A DNA stretch of 64,000 nucleotides, from NCBI GenBank assembly GCA_028707065.1, contig JAQTUZ010000004.1:6656-70655 (forward strand). Direction: 5' to 3'. The notes under the pieces are model-generated. The model was given only the letters and a program-made list of their open reading frames with translations. It did not search any database and had not been told where the DNA came from. This DNA is from Patescibacteria group bacterium. Its GTDB lineage: Bacteria; Patescibacteriota; Patescibacteriia; Patescibacteriales; WJLG01. Below are positions 17,618 to 27,823 of this stretch, piece by piece. The translations under genes were made by a program, and so were the position numbers. Position 1 is the stretch's first letter. The number at the start of each line of letters is the position of its first letter.

Positions 17618-18487
17618 TTAAGAGACGATTTTTTTGATATATTCTTTTAAAGCTTCCTGATAGCTTCGTAGCGGCGGCAGTTTGGTGTTGAGGAGAACGG
17701 ATTGAGCCGGGCGCCGGGCCGGCCGGGGAAATTCATTGCCGGTAACCGGCATGACTTTTTTTTCAACGCCGGCAATCTTAAAGAGTTCGAGGCAAGCTTC
17801 ATACCAGGTGGCCGGATTGCTGTTAATAATATGGTAGATGCCAAAAGGTTTTTTTTCTTCCAATAATTTTTTCGTCGCTTTCGCCAAATCAGGCGTATAA
17901 GTGAAACAGCTTTTTTCTTCATCAACCGCTTTAACCCTGTCATTTTTTTCGGCCGCTTTGAGCATCAGATCAAAAAAGCTGGGCTTGGCCGAAACAGACG
18001 GCCCCTGCGGGCCGAAAAGCTTGGAAGTTCTGATCAAATAATGGCGCGGTCCGTCTGAACTTGTCATGAGCTCCTCTTCGCCCAATAATTTACTGATTCC
18101 GTAATTATTGATCGGAGCGGGAAGGGCGGCCTCGTCATAACCGTCTCGATTTACGCCGTCAAAAACATAATCGGTCGAATAATGGACGATCGTGGCGTTG
18201 ATCTTGGCCGCGGCTTGCGTTAAAAAGCCGACCGCCTCGCCGTTGATTTTTTTAGCCAGCGCAAATTCATTATCGTCGGCTTCGCATTTGTCCACGGCAT
18301 TGTAAGCGGCGGCATTGATGATGAACTGCGGCTCGAGGCCGATAATTTTTTCAATCAAGCTTTCGCCATCGGCGATATCAATATCTTCTTTATCCCAACT
18401 GATCACTTCCGCTTCATTCGCTTCAGCGAAGACAGCGGCTAATTGCGCCCCCAAATTTCCTTTGGCTCCTAAAATTAATATTTTCAT
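17618..18487 (-). CDS. rfbD: dTDP-4-dehydrorhamnose reductase
   Basis: N-terminal Rossmann motif MKILILGAKGNLG, catalytic YGISK, and overall RmlD-like length and sequence. Confidence 0.85.
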   Translation of the reverse strand: MKILILGAKGNLGAQLAAVFAEANEAEVISWDKEDIDIADGESLIEKIIGLEPQFIINAAAYNAVDKCEADDNEFALAKKINGEAVGFLTQAAAKINATIVHYSTDYVFDGVNRDGYDEAALPAPINNYGISKLLGEEELMTSSDGPRHYLIRTSKLFGPQGPSVSAKPSFFDLMLKAAEKNDRVKAVDEEKSCFTYTPDLAKATKKLLEEKKPFGIYHIINSNPATWYEACLELFKIAGVEKKVMPVTGNEFPRPARRPAQSVLLNTKLPPLRSYQEALKEYIKKIVS

Positions 18488-18626
18488 AGCTTATTGCATT
18501 AATTTAGCACAAAAGAAAGAAAAGTTAAATGTGACCTAACCGGCGCTGCAGGCACGAAGATTTAGCCGGAGTAAAAAAATCCCCATTCATTAAAACGAAT
18601 GGGGATTGATTGAATAACATTTTTAT

Positions 18627-19196
18627 TTACTTGCCAAGAAGGTGGAATGCTACGTCGCCCTTGAGGACCAGGCCTATCATTTTTGTCCAGGAGAACAGGT
18701 TTAATCCTCCGTTTGGGCAAGAGTAAGTGTAAAAGGAATCGTTCTTGTTTGTCATGCACTGGACATATTGATCGACGCTTACAAATTCCCAGGCGGAGAT
18801 ATCGGGATTATACCGATATCTAACCTGCCAAAGGTTTCGAGAAACAATTCTCCCGTTAGAAATTCTCTGCAAATAAGCAATAACGTGAACATGTGCTTCC
18901 GCCACTACCCTGTCAGTAACATACAAGATATCGACCGCAGAAGAAAAGTCTTTCGCTTTCTCAAAGTTAGCAGTGGACTTCTGATAGCTGCGATTTTCTC
19001 CGCAGCCGGGAAAACTTTTAACTTTGACGAAATACCATTTTAAATAATAACCGGGGTTATTATTTTTTTTACTGTTAAAGATATTGCTGATTTCTTGGGC
19101 AAGGTCTTGTAAGGGAGTGTTTTCCTGACCAAGGACCGGGCTGCTCATAGCGCCGAGCAGGGCGACAACAACGATAGTTCGTAATGAATAAAACAT
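18627..19196 (-). CDS. secreted hypothetical protein
   Basis: Signal peptide (…VVVALLGAMSSPVLGQE) and SD GAGGGA. No family recognised. Confidence 0.55.
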   Translation of the reverse strand: MFYSLRTIVVVALLGAMSSPVLGQENTPLQDLAQEISNIFNSKKNNNPGYYLKWYFVKVKSFPGCGENRSYQKSTANFEKAKDFSSAVDILYVTDRVVAEAHVHVIAYLQRISNGRIVSRNLWQVRYRYNPDISAWEFVSVDQYVQCMTNKNDSFYTYSCPNGGLNLFSWTKMIGLVLKGDVAFHLLGK

Positions 19197-19511
19197 AAGT
19201 CCCTCGTCTGTTTAAGGTTTCAGTTATTCTGCTGATAAACGATGGATATAACCCATTTTTAATGAACATTTTAAAATCATTTTAATATAGGATAATATTA
19301 GTTTTTTGTCAATAGTATAATATTGGCAATGCCTACGCGCGTCACCTTTTATTTTTGTTACCGTCTTTTATCGGATGATTCTGGCGTAGTCAAAAATCAC
19401 CTTTTTTTAATGTTTTTTCTGTGATATCATAAAGATAACAAGGGGGATAAACTATCCCCAATTTTGAATATAAAATTTTTTACTTATTACTTTTTACTTC
19501 TTACTTTTTCT

Positions 19512-22148
19512 ATGGCTCGCCGCAAAAAATTCAAAAATCCGCTTGATTATCTGGAGATTCCCGATGTGGAGATCAGCGCCGAAACCAAAACCAGCCTTTT
19601 TATCCTGTTGATTCTGCTCGTGGCCGTGCTTTGCCTGTTGGGCTTGTTCGATCTGGCCGGCGCGGTGGGCAAATATCTGGCCCGGGGCGAGGAGCTGGCT
19701 TTCGGCTGGGGCAAATGGCTTTTTCCGCTCTTGCTGATTTGGTGGAGCTTCCTCTTATATAAGAAGGACCGCCGCTACTTCCGCGGCGCGGGAATTTTGG
19801 GAATTTTTTTGGCTTTTATCACCTTGCAGGCTTTTCTGCAAATTTTTATTCCCTTAAGCGAATGGAATGATTCGATCAAGACCGGCATCGGCGGCGGTTA
19901 TGTCGGCTTATTTCTCGCTTCGTCATTTATTAAGATTTTGGGATTCTGGGGCGGGCTGGTCGTGCTGGTCGCTTTGATGATCGTCGCCGGCTTGCTGATC
20001 TTTAACACGTCGCTTTTGAAATTGATCGGCGGGGAAAGCATTTTTGCCAAAACCGCTCATCCGTTCCGCGCCTTGTTCGGCCGCTTGTTCGGCGGCGAGG
20101 ATCGGGAAGAAGAAATTGAAGAAGAGGAGGAAACCGAGAAAGAAGAAAAGGCCCAAGAAAGCTTGTTTACCAAAAAAAGCATTGTCGAAGAAGAAGGGGA
20201 GGCTGGAGCCGAGGAGACGGTGGAAGAAAAAAACGAAGAAGAAGCCGATGATGAATTAGCCGACAAAGAGGAACAGCCGGTTCGCCGGATGACCGAAAGG
20301 GAAATTTGGAAAACCAATCGCGTCAAGATTGATCTGCCGATCGAATTGTTAGACAGTAATAATAGCAAGCCGACTTCCGGCGATATCAAGAATAATTCTT
20401 TGATCATCCAGCGCACGCTGGAAAATTTCGGCATTCCGGTGGGCATGGGCGAAACGCAGATCGGCCCGACCATCACCCAATATACTTTCCGGCCGGCCGA
20501 GGGGGTCAAGCTTTCTAAGATCACCACTTTAAGCAATGACTTGGCCTTGGCTTTATCGGCGCATCCGATCAGGATCGAGGCGCCGATCCCGGGCAAGCCG
20601 CTAGTTGGAGTGGAAGTTCCCAATAAGACCAAAGCGATCGTCGGCTTGAAAGAAATTTTGGAATCCAGCGAATTCAAAGCGAGAAAAAATAATTTGACGA
20701 TTGCGATAGGCAAGGACGTGGCCGGAGCGGCTTGGTGCTATGACATCAACCGCATGCCGCATTTGCTCGTCGCCGGCGCCACCAACTCGGGAAAATCCGT
20801 CTGCTTGAATTCGATCGTGGTTTCGCTTTTGTATCAAAACAATCCGGAAGATCTGCGTTTTATCATGGTTGATCCCAAGCGCGTCGAACTTACCGTCTAT
20901 GACGGCATCCCGCATCTGTTGACCCCGGTCATTACCAATGTGCCGAAAACGATCAATGCTTTGCGCTGGTGTTTGAATGAAATGGACCGCCGTTTCGAGG
21001 TTTTGCAAAATTTTAAAAAGAGAAATATCCAGGCTTATAACGCGACCGCCCGAGAAAAAATGCCCTATATCGTTTTTATTGTCGATGAGTTGGCTGATCT
21101 GATGGTGGCGGCCGGCCGCGACATTGAGGCGAGCGTGATCCGCCTGGCGCAGATGGCCCGCGCGGTCGGCATTCATCTGGTGCTCGCCACGCAGCGGCCG
21201 AGCGTTGACGTGATCACCGGTTTGATCAAGGCCAATATGCCCGCCCGCATCGCTTTCTCGGTCGCTTCCAGCATTGATTCCAAAACGATCTTGGACGGCA
21301 TGGGCGCGGAAAAACTTTTGGGCAAGGGCGATATGCTCTTCCAGACTCCGGAAATTTCCAAACCGAAAAGATTGCAGGGCGCCTATGTTTCTGATAATGA
21401 AATCAAACGGATCGTCGATTATATCAAAGACAAGGGCGGTGATTTTGAATATGTCGAAGGCGTGACGGAAAAGCAAGCCGTGCACGGCATCGCTTCGGTC
21501 GGCATCGACGGCCAGACCGGCGATGAAGATGAATTATTGGCCGAAGCTCGGGAGTTGATCATCAGATCGGGCAAGGCCTCGGCTTCGATGCTGCAGCGCC
21601 GCCTTTCAGTCGGTTATGCCCGTGCGGCCAGATTGCTGGATGAGTTGGAAGAAGCCGGGATCGTCGGTCCGTCCAATGGCGCCAAACCGCGGGAGATTAT
21701 GATCAGCCAATCGCAATTTGAAGAAATGGAAGATCAGCCGACCGCCGGAGTCGGGTTGCACGATCGCGCCAAAACCAAAATGCCGGAAAATTTCTTGGGT
21801 GAAGATAATAGCCTGGGCGAAGCGCCGGACGATGACGCGACAGTTTTTGCCGGTGAGGAGGAAGAAGTAGAAGATGAGGATGATGAATCGGAAGAATCCT
21901 CCTTCGCTAAAGCTTCGGAGGATGAAGAAGCTGCGCCAGAAGAGAAAGAAGAAACCAAAGAAGAGGTTGACGAGCCGGACTTGTCCGCCGAAGCTGCGTC
22001 AGACGCAGCGGAGGTGGATTTTGAAGTCCCGGCCGAGTCCGAGGAGAAAAAATCATCTGCGCCGAAAGCTGAAAAAATAATCGATTTAAGAAAAGACAAA
22101 AAATCCGTAGCAGACATCGAGGATGATGGGATGTTTTTTTCCCGCTAA
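19512..22148 (+). CDS. ftsK: DNA translocase FtsK/SpoIIIE with a long acidic C-terminal tail
   Basis: N-terminal TM helices, an acidic linker, a motor domain (Walker A GATNSGKS, Walker B VFIVDELADL) and a gamma winged helix (SASMLQRRLSVGYARAARLLDELEEAGIVGP). ATG at 19512 is preferred over TTG at 19464. Confidence 0.9.
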   Translation: MARRKKFKNPLDYLEIPDVEISAETKTSLFILLILLVAVLCLLGLFDLAGAVGKYLARGEELAFGWGKWLFPLLLIWWSFLLYKKDRRYFRGAGILGIFLAFITLQAFLQIFIPLSEWNDSIKTGIGGGYVGLFLASSFIKILGFWGGLVVLVALMIVAGLLIFNTSLLKLIGGESIFAKTAHPFRALFGRLFGGEDREEEIEEEEETEKEEKAQESLFTKKSIVEEEGEAGAEETVEEKNEEEADDELADKEEQPVRRMTEREIWKTNRVKIDLPIELLDSNNSKPTSGDIKNNSLIIQRTLENFGIPVGMGETQIGPTITQYTFRPAEGVKLSKITTLSNDLALALSAHPIRIEAPIPGKPLVGVEVPNKTKAIVGLKEILESSEFKARKNNLTIAIGKDVAGAAWCYDINRMPHLLVAGATNSGKSVCLNSIVVSLLYQNNPEDLRFIMVDPKRVELTVYDGIPHLLTPVITNVPKTINALRWCLNEMDRRFEVLQNFKKRNIQAYNATAREKMPYIVFIVDELADLMVAAGRDIEASVIRLAQMARAVGIHLVLATQRPSVDVITGLIKANMPARIAFSVASSIDSKTILDGMGAEKLLGKGDMLFQTPEISKPKRLQGAYVSDNEIKRIVDYIKDKGGDFEYVEGVTEKQAVHGIASVGIDGQTGDEDELLAEARELIIRSGKASASMLQRRLSVGYARAARLLDELEEAGIVGPSNGAKPREIMISQSQFEEMEDQPTAGVGLHDRAKTKMPENFLGEDNSLGEAPDDDATVFAGEEEEVEDEDDESEESSFAKASEDEEAAPEEKEETKEEVDEPDLSAEAASDAAEVDFEVPAESEEKKSSAPKAEKIIDLRKDKKSVADIEDDGMFFSR

Positions 22149-22254
22149 AAGGCCAATTGATAAGTTTTGGGGAATTGTTGACAGATAATCAAAAAAGTGC
22201 TATTTTATAAAGAATAACTATTTTTTCGACCTCTTTAAAAATATTTTAAATTAT

Positions 22255-22578
22255 ATGAATACAAAAGATGATATAACTGAAGCGGGGCTTTCCGAGCCGG
22301 AAGCGGCGGCCATGATCCGCGGGCGCAAGCTTGGATTTTTAGTAGCCGCATCGACTTTACCCGATGAGGTTAAAGACGAATTGGCGGTTTTGACCGAGGA
22401 GATGACCGAAGAACAGCAAAACAAACTTTTGGATATCTTTGAAGCGAAATATCTGGACGAGCAAACCGAAGACGCGGAGAAAAAATTAACCGAGGAAATC
22501 GAAGCTTTAGTAAAAAAATATCAAGCCGAGGACGAAGCGCTGGCTAAAAGTTTAGCCGCCGCCATCGGCCGAATATAA
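22255..22578 (+). CDS. small acidic hypothetical protein
   Basis: 107 aa, Glu/Ala-rich and helical. Its stop lies 2 nt before the start of the 1362-aa ORF, suggesting translational coupling. Confidence 0.5.
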   Translation: MNTKDDITEAGLSEPEAAAMIRGRKLGFLVAASTLPDEVKDELAVLTEEMTEEQQNKLLDIFEAKYLDEQTEDAEKKLTEEIEALVKKYQAEDEALAKSLAAAIGRI

Positions 22579-22580
22579 AT

Positions 22581-25500
22581 ATGCCAAATATTGAAGCAGA
22601 AATCGGAGCGGCAGTTGAGAAAATCGAATCGCTTCCCAGCGTTGAGAAAAAAAGAGGCGACTTGCCCCAGGGAAAAGATTTGTCGCGAAAGATCGATAAT
22701 CTGGTCAAGGAAGTCGAGTCTTTGCCGAACAAAGAAAGGCTTGACGCCGACTTGGCGTCAAAAAAAGAAGAAGCCTGGATGCCGGCAGTCGGGAAAAGCG
22801 TTTTTGTCAAAAGAACCGACGGCGAAATTGACGGGGGCTGGGAAGTTTCCCGAGTTGAAAACGGCATTGCTTATCTTTTGAAGCCCGATGCGAATAATCC
22901 GGGAAGAACTTTCAGAAAGAGCGGTCCGGTGGAAGAATTGGAAAGATTGAATGAAAAGGGAAAAATAGATTTTTCGCAAGCGGAAAATTTTTCTGATTTG
23001 TATAAATTGATTAATTATAACGGTCCGGTGAGGGGATCCAGCCGGGAATATTCTCCTGACAGATTGCAAAAGATAATTGAAGATGTAAAAAGCAAGAAAG
23101 TCGGTTTGGAAATGGTTACGCAGACGGGAAATTTGCGCCAAGCCGTGACTAAGCTTTTGGAAAAAGAGCCGGACGCGGAAATGAAAACTCTGGACGAGCG
23201 GATCATGGGCAGCCGCAGTTTTGCCGATTTGCGCGAGGTTATTGGCACATCACAATTATCCTATAAAAAGCAGGTTCTCGCGGCGCTTAATCAGACCGAA
23301 GCGGTCGTTAAGGAATCTTTGGCGAAGGGAAAAAATTTTCAAACTCTTTCCCCTGATTTTGTTAAATCAATTCCCGAAACTCACGGCTTATCCCGCAAGA
23401 TCAGACAAATCGCTTCCGATTTTTTCGCTTCAGCCAATGGCGAGACCCGCTCCGGGAAAGAAAAATTAATCAGTGAAAAATCAAAAATTGTTTTTCCGCC
23501 CGAAGCGGTTAAAGCCGCCAAGCCTGAACCGGCCGCGGGAAAGAGCCCGGCTGAACTGGTTGCCGGGATGGACAAGGAAATCGAAGAGTTAGATAAAAAA
23601 ATGGCCGCTCCCGATGCCGGTATGAGCAATTGGGAAGTCGGCGAGCGGTATTTGGCCAAGCATCCGGTTTCGCCGTTCGGCCGCCGGCCGGAAAGAATAG
23701 AAAAAGAACCTTATGATCCGGCAATTGAAGAATATAAAGCTTCTAACAAATTGGTCGGCGATAGCGGAGCAAAAAAGTCGCGCCGGGAATATGATCCGGT
23801 TGACGGCATTATCAGGCGTTTGGATGAACTGACTAAAAGTGAAGACATTCACGATCGGGTGGAAGCCGCTCGGATTTTGAGGGAGATGACTCCGGAGCAG
23901 ACGGCGAAGCTTCCGGAAAAGATGCCGCCCGAATTAATCAGAAGATTGATGAAGATCGAGGCGCCGGGATTTGGCCGCCGGCCGGAAAGAAAAGAAAAAG
24001 ATTTTCCCGTCGCCGATGAACGCGCTCGTGAAAGGGGAAAAATATTTAAAGTGGAGAATGGCAAGCGAAAAATAATAAAGTCGCGCCGGGAATATGATCC
24101 CGATGCTCCGCGGGTTTCACCGCCGGATGAAAAAGGCGCGCCAGAACCAGCGGGGGCGGAGCCCCGGCAAAGGGACAATCCGAACAATCTTCCGCGGGAA
24201 GAATTGGATAATTTGCGCCGTTTCGGCCCGAGCAAGGCTGAAGCTTTCGGGCGCGAGGTGGAGGAAAAAATTTTTGGCGGAGAAAGGAAAAATAAGAACG
24301 AAAGTTTTCATAAAAAATTCAAGAATCTCCTGGCTGACCATCCGATCGCTACCCAGATTTTTAAGACCGGGGCTGCTTCGGTTGCTTCGATTTTGGGCGT
24401 CAAATCTTTTTATGACGTGCCGGCTTATTTTACCCAGCGCTATGCCGTGCGCGGCAATATTTTCGGCATCGGCCACGGCAAAAATTTAGCCGATTCGGTC
24501 GAGGAATTGGTCGCTGCCAACAAAGCGTCCAAAGAAAAAAGGCGCGGTGAAAAGCCGGCGAAAAAAGAAGGGTCAACTGAAAAAAGCGCGGTTGATCAGG
24601 CGATCGATGATCTGAACAAGCGCCTGGCCAAGACCAAAGAGGGCACGACCAAAGGTTCCGAGCAAAGAAAGATGTTAGCTGAACTCCTTAAGGCTAATCG
24701 CAACAAGGAACAACAGACCAAGGAAGAAAGGCGCAAAGAGTTGGAAAATATTCTGGATAATTATACCAATACTAAGGTTTCCGGCATTCAGGCGGCTCGC
24801 GAGGCGCTCAACACCGCTTGTATGGCTACCGGCGCGATTTCCCTGCGCGGCGTCACTTATGGCGGCTTGGCTTTTTTTGAGAAACGGGAAGAGATGCGTC
24901 ATCAGGCCCAAGGCGAGGCGAACAGAAAGGGCACGGAAGCCAAAGCCGAATATGTCAGCCTCGAACAAGTCTTTATCCGCGGTCTAAAAGAAACTTATAA
25001 CGGCATTACGCTTCAAACCGGACGGAATAAAAAAGAAAAATCCATTGCCGCCATCAAGTCCTTCGGGTCGATCGCCCGTTTTGCCGGCATCGCCTTTGGC
25101 ATGGGTACGGGCGGCCATGCCTATCACGGGGATTTGGAAAAAGTCATCAATGCTTTTGAAGGTAAAGTTAATTTTTCGGACATTGGCCATAATTTTATCC
25201 ATAATGCCGAACGATACTTAAAGTTGATGCCCAATCTGGTAAATTCAATGCCGCATCTTCCCGGAGCGGCCCTTGGCGCCGAAGCCAGCCATCAATTTTC
25301 GTCTGCTCCGGCCGATTCGGCGGCGGGAAAACTACCTTCGATGGTAACGCCGGAAGGAGCGCCGGCGGCCGTTGAGCCGATTCCGGAAATTCAGTATCAG
25401 GGAGGCAATAGCATTTGGAATGAATTGAAACAGCAGCTAGCGGCGCGGTATGGGAAGGATTTTGACGGCTTGAGCGAAGCGGCTAAAAATGAATCAATCA

Positions 25501-26669
25501 ATATTTTAGCCAATCGGATCACCGGCAATCCGGCGGCTTTCGGCCTGCCGACTGATGTCGACTTCACTAAATTAACCAAGGCCGATTTGGAAAAAATTCC
25601 CTGGAATAATTTTTTTGGCAACGAAGAAACTCCGGCAGCCGCCGTTCATAATTTGGGAAAAACTTTGGCCGAGCCGGGCGAAAATTTAAAACATTTTGGC
25701 GGCGGAGCGGGAAGAGAATGGACGCCGGAGGAAAGTCAGCATAATGCCGAGAATTTTTTTGAAAGTAAGGCGATAAGCGATGAGCTGGCCAAAATGTCGG
25801 AAAGAGCCCGTCATCTTAACGATGGAACTCTGGGACAAATAGAAAAGCAGAAGTTTTACGATGAGTTTGAGCGGCTGCGCAGCTCGGTTAAAAATCTGAC
25901 CAACGGAACTTTGTTTTTTGATCCGAGCGGCGATTGGAATATAAAAATGCCCAACAACGAAATAATGAATGTTTTTCATGCCCAGGGGCCGCTGGCGATA
26001 AATATTGAAAAAGGCGCCGGAATGGGCAGCGGAATGGTAACGGCCGAGGAATATTTGCCGCCCGATAAATCCCCTCTGGTTGGACTGACTGCCGATGAAG
26101 CGGAGCGTTTGGAAATAAAAATTCCGGCTCCGGATATGTCGGATGAAATGGCGGTCGCGGCTGCCGGCCCTGCGCCCGAGGCTCCGGAGTTTCACCGGCC
26201 AAGTTTGGGCTATCAAAATGCGCCGGCTCCGCATGAGACCGACGTGTCCGGTCATGAGGAAGCCGAGCCTTTGGCGCCGAGCGCGGTAGGCGCGATCGAG
26301 CCTACGATTGATTGGCAGCACCCCGCAAAAATAACAGGCTCATTTGATGATGTCGCGGCGGCCAAGCGGATGATCGCTCATCAGGGCAAGAATCTTGATT
26401 TGCGGAAGGTCACCTCTATTTCTCCCGAAGTCCTGGAAATTTTGGCAGGCAAAAAAAATGGCGCGATAATCTTGACCGGGCTTTATCCGGAAAATATCCC
26501 GCCTGAATTGGCTGAAAAAACTTTTCAGGCCCTGACCGAAGTCCAGCCGCGCGGCGGAGTGGCGATGAACGATGAGATGATCAAGTGGATGGAAAAGAAC
26601 GCGCCGGTTAATGAGGCTTGGCTGCCGCCCGATGAAAATCTGGAGGTTACCGCGGCTCCCAATCCTTGA
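22581..26669 (+). CDS. giant (1362 aa) hypothetical protein with internal repeats
   Basis: Uninterrupted ORF with a repeated ~100-aa module: FGRRPER(I/K)EK… then KSRREYDP, twice. Gly/Ala-rich hydrophobic stretches occur mid-protein. No family recognised. Confidence 0.7.
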   Translation: MPNIEAEIGAAVEKIESLPSVEKKRGDLPQGKDLSRKIDNLVKEVESLPNKERLDADLASKKEEAWMPAVGKSVFVKRTDGEIDGGWEVSRVENGIAYLLKPDANNPGRTFRKSGPVEELERLNEKGKIDFSQAENFSDLYKLINYNGPVRGSSREYSPDRLQKIIEDVKSKKVGLEMVTQTGNLRQAVTKLLEKEPDAEMKTLDERIMGSRSFADLREVIGTSQLSYKKQVLAALNQTEAVVKESLAKGKNFQTLSPDFVKSIPETHGLSRKIRQIASDFFASANGETRSGKEKLISEKSKIVFPPEAVKAAKPEPAAGKSPAELVAGMDKEIEELDKKMAAPDAGMSNWEVGERYLAKHPVSPFGRRPERIEKEPYDPAIEEYKASNKLVGDSGAKKSRREYDPVDGIIRRLDELTKSEDIHDRVEAARILREMTPEQTAKLPEKMPPELIRRLMKIEAPGFGRRPERKEKDFPVADERARERGKIFKVENGKRKIIKSRREYDPDAPRVSPPDEKGAPEPAGAEPRQRDNPNNLPREELDNLRRFGPSKAEAFGREVEEKIFGGERKNKNESFHKKFKNLLADHPIATQIFKTGAASVASILGVKSFYDVPAYFTQRYAVRGNIFGIGHGKNLADSVEELVAANKASKEKRRGEKPAKKEGSTEKSAVDQAIDDLNKRLAKTKEGTTKGSEQRKMLAELLKANRNKEQQTKEERRKELENILDNYTNTKVSGIQAAREALNTACMATGAISLRGVTYGGLAFFEKREEMRHQAQGEANRKGTEAKAEYVSLEQVFIRGLKETYNGITLQTGRNKKEKSIAAIKSFGSIARFAGIAFGMGTGGHAYHGDLEKVINAFEGKVNFSDIGHNFIHNAERYLKLMPNLVNSMPHLPGAALGAEASHQFSSAPADSAAGKLPSMVTPEGAPAAVEPIPEIQYQGGNSIWNELKQQLAARYGKDFDGLSEAAKNESINILANRITGNPAAFGLPTDVDFTKLTKADLEKIPWNNFFGNEETPAAAVHNLGKTLAEPGENLKHFGGGAGREWTPEESQHNAENFFESKAISDELAKMSERARHLNDGTLGQIEKQKFYDEFERLRSSVKNLTNGTLFFDPSGDWNIKMPNNEIMNVFHAQGPLAINIEKGAGMGSGMVTAEEYLPPDKSPLVGLTADEAERLEIKIPAPDMSDEMAVAAAGPAPEAPEFHRPSLGYQNAPAPHETDVSGHEEAEPLAPSAVGAIEPTIDWQHPAKITGSFDDVAAAKRMIAHQGKNLDLRKVTSISPEVLEILAGKKNGAIILTGLYPENIPPELAEKTFQALTEVQPRGGVAMNDEMIKWMEKNAPVNEAWLPPDENLEVTAAPNP

Positions 26670-26691
26670 TAGTTATAAATATTTTGCAAAT

Positions 26692-26722
26692 AAAAAAGGC
26701 GGCTCGAGCGAGTCGCCTTTTT
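26692..26722. terminator. bidirectional intrinsic terminator
   Basis: AAAAAA-GGCGGCTC-GAGC-GAGTCGCC-TTTTT between convergent genes. Confidence 0.8.
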
Positions 26723-26725
26723 GGT

Positions 26726-27169
26726 TTATCGTTGTTTTGGCGCCAATCGCCAGTAGCTTCGGGGATGGTTGATCAGGAAGTCGATATCATCCCTGGTTAC
26801 CTTGCGGGGCGGAATGAATTTTTGATTATCCAATTCCGTGGCCTCCAATTCCATCAAATTGAATTCCAGCAGCGTGCCTAAACAGCTGTCGTTGATGGCG
26901 GAGAGCAAGAACAGGCTGTCCGTGAAAATCATTTTCTGGCCGTTGGGAAGGCTGATAGCCACCTCGATATTCTTGTAATGAAAGCTGGAATCATAAAAAT
27001 AGGGCAGTTTGATCTCCGTGAATTTTCCGTTCCCGTAAAAAGTAGCGGACTTGATCGAAAAACAGATGGCATCGCCGATCAGTTGCTCGGCCGGTTCACA
27101 GCCGGCTGATTCGGCCGCAACAACAGCGAGCGGCCAGCAAAAGAGCCAGCAAAAGAGGAATAATTTCAT
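26726..27169 (-). CDS. small secreted protein, paralog 1 of 3
   Basis: Signal peptide, beta-rich body and a C-terminal …DIDFLINHPRSYWRLAPKQR shared in pattern with the two neighbours. Confidence 0.6.
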   Translation of the reverse strand: MKLFLFCWLFCWPLAVVAAESAGCEPAEQLIGDAICFSIKSATFYGNGKFTEIKLPYFYDSSFHYKNIEVAISLPNGQKMIFTDSLFLLSAINDSCLGTLLEFNLMELEATELDNQKFIPPRKVTRDDIDFLINHPRSYWRLAPKQR

Positions 27170-27295
27170 AATACCCTTCTTTCCGTAATGTAAAGAGCTT
27201 CAAAAATCCTTCCCGCCATCTTTTCACATTTTTTAAAAAAAATCAAGCCCATGAAAAATATAATTCGGATTATCTAAATTCGTAGCATTCGCTGT

Positions 27296-27325
27296 AAAAA
27301 AGGCGGCTCTATTGAGTCGCCTTTT
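27296..27325 (-). terminator. intrinsic terminator (near-copy of 26692-26722)
   Basis: GGCGGCTC-TATT-GAGTCGCC flanked by A- and T-runs. Confidence 0.75.
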
Positions 27326-27345
27326 ATTTGCTCATTTGATGTTGT

Positions 27346-27753
27346 TTATTTCTTCTTCGGAAGGTGCAGCCGCCAATTTGAAGCCGTCTTTTTAAAATTT
27401 GCGGCCTCGGCGGGTGTGATTTTTCCGTTATTCTGGGTTCCCAGTCTTTTGCTGGCTTCATTGGAATATTCGGCCACTAATCGATAAAGATCGATAATTA
27501 CGTCTGTCCCGCCGGTGGCGCTGGCCAGCAGGCGGAAAGTTGTGTCATGGATAGTGATGACCTTGGTCCCGTTGGCGATGTCCACCAACAGTTCGCCGTT
27601 CTGGAACGCCTTCGGTATCGTGTCCAGCGAAACGATCCACATAATTGAATCGTTGTTAAAGGGGAGAGCTTTCTTCGGAGAGAGATAAATTGTGTTATTC
27701 GCATTGGCGATGGCGCAGGCGGCAAAGACGATGCCTGCTAACAGTTTGAACAT
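27346..27753 (-). CDS. small secreted protein, paralog 2 of 3
   Basis: Signal peptide MFKLLAGIVFAACAIANA, SD AAGGAGG, and C-terminus …AANFKKTASNWRLHLPKKK. Confidence 0.6.
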   Translation of the reverse strand: MFKLLAGIVFAACAIANANNTIYLSPKKALPFNNDSIMWIVSLDTIPKAFQNGELLVDIANGTKVITIHDTTFRLLASATGGTDVIIDLYRLVAEYSNEASKRLGTQNNGKITPAEAANFKKTASNWRLHLPKKK

Positions 27754-27783
27754 GGGTCCTCCTTGAGAGATTGTTTAAAGATT

Positions 27784-27807
27784 AAAGGCGACTGGTTAGC
27801 CGCCTTT
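27784..27807 (-). terminator. terminator-like hairpin
   Basis: AAAGGCG-N10-CGCCTTT immediately downstream of paralog 3. Confidence 0.55.
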
Positions 27808-27823
27808 GTTACCGAGAGTGGGC

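Noticed and set aside
20057-21485. Long antisense ORFs inside ftsK (20057..20713 and 20601..21485). Similar shadow ORFs lie inside the tandem ATPase (45730..46527), the propeller protein (36602..37240), the PurM-like gene (48392..49030, 49034..49690), the A2M-like gene (several) and gyrA.
   Set aside because: They sit opposite genes with strong family signatures. They have low-complexity or Arg/Ser/Gly-rich compositions and no SD. They are typical shadow ORFs.
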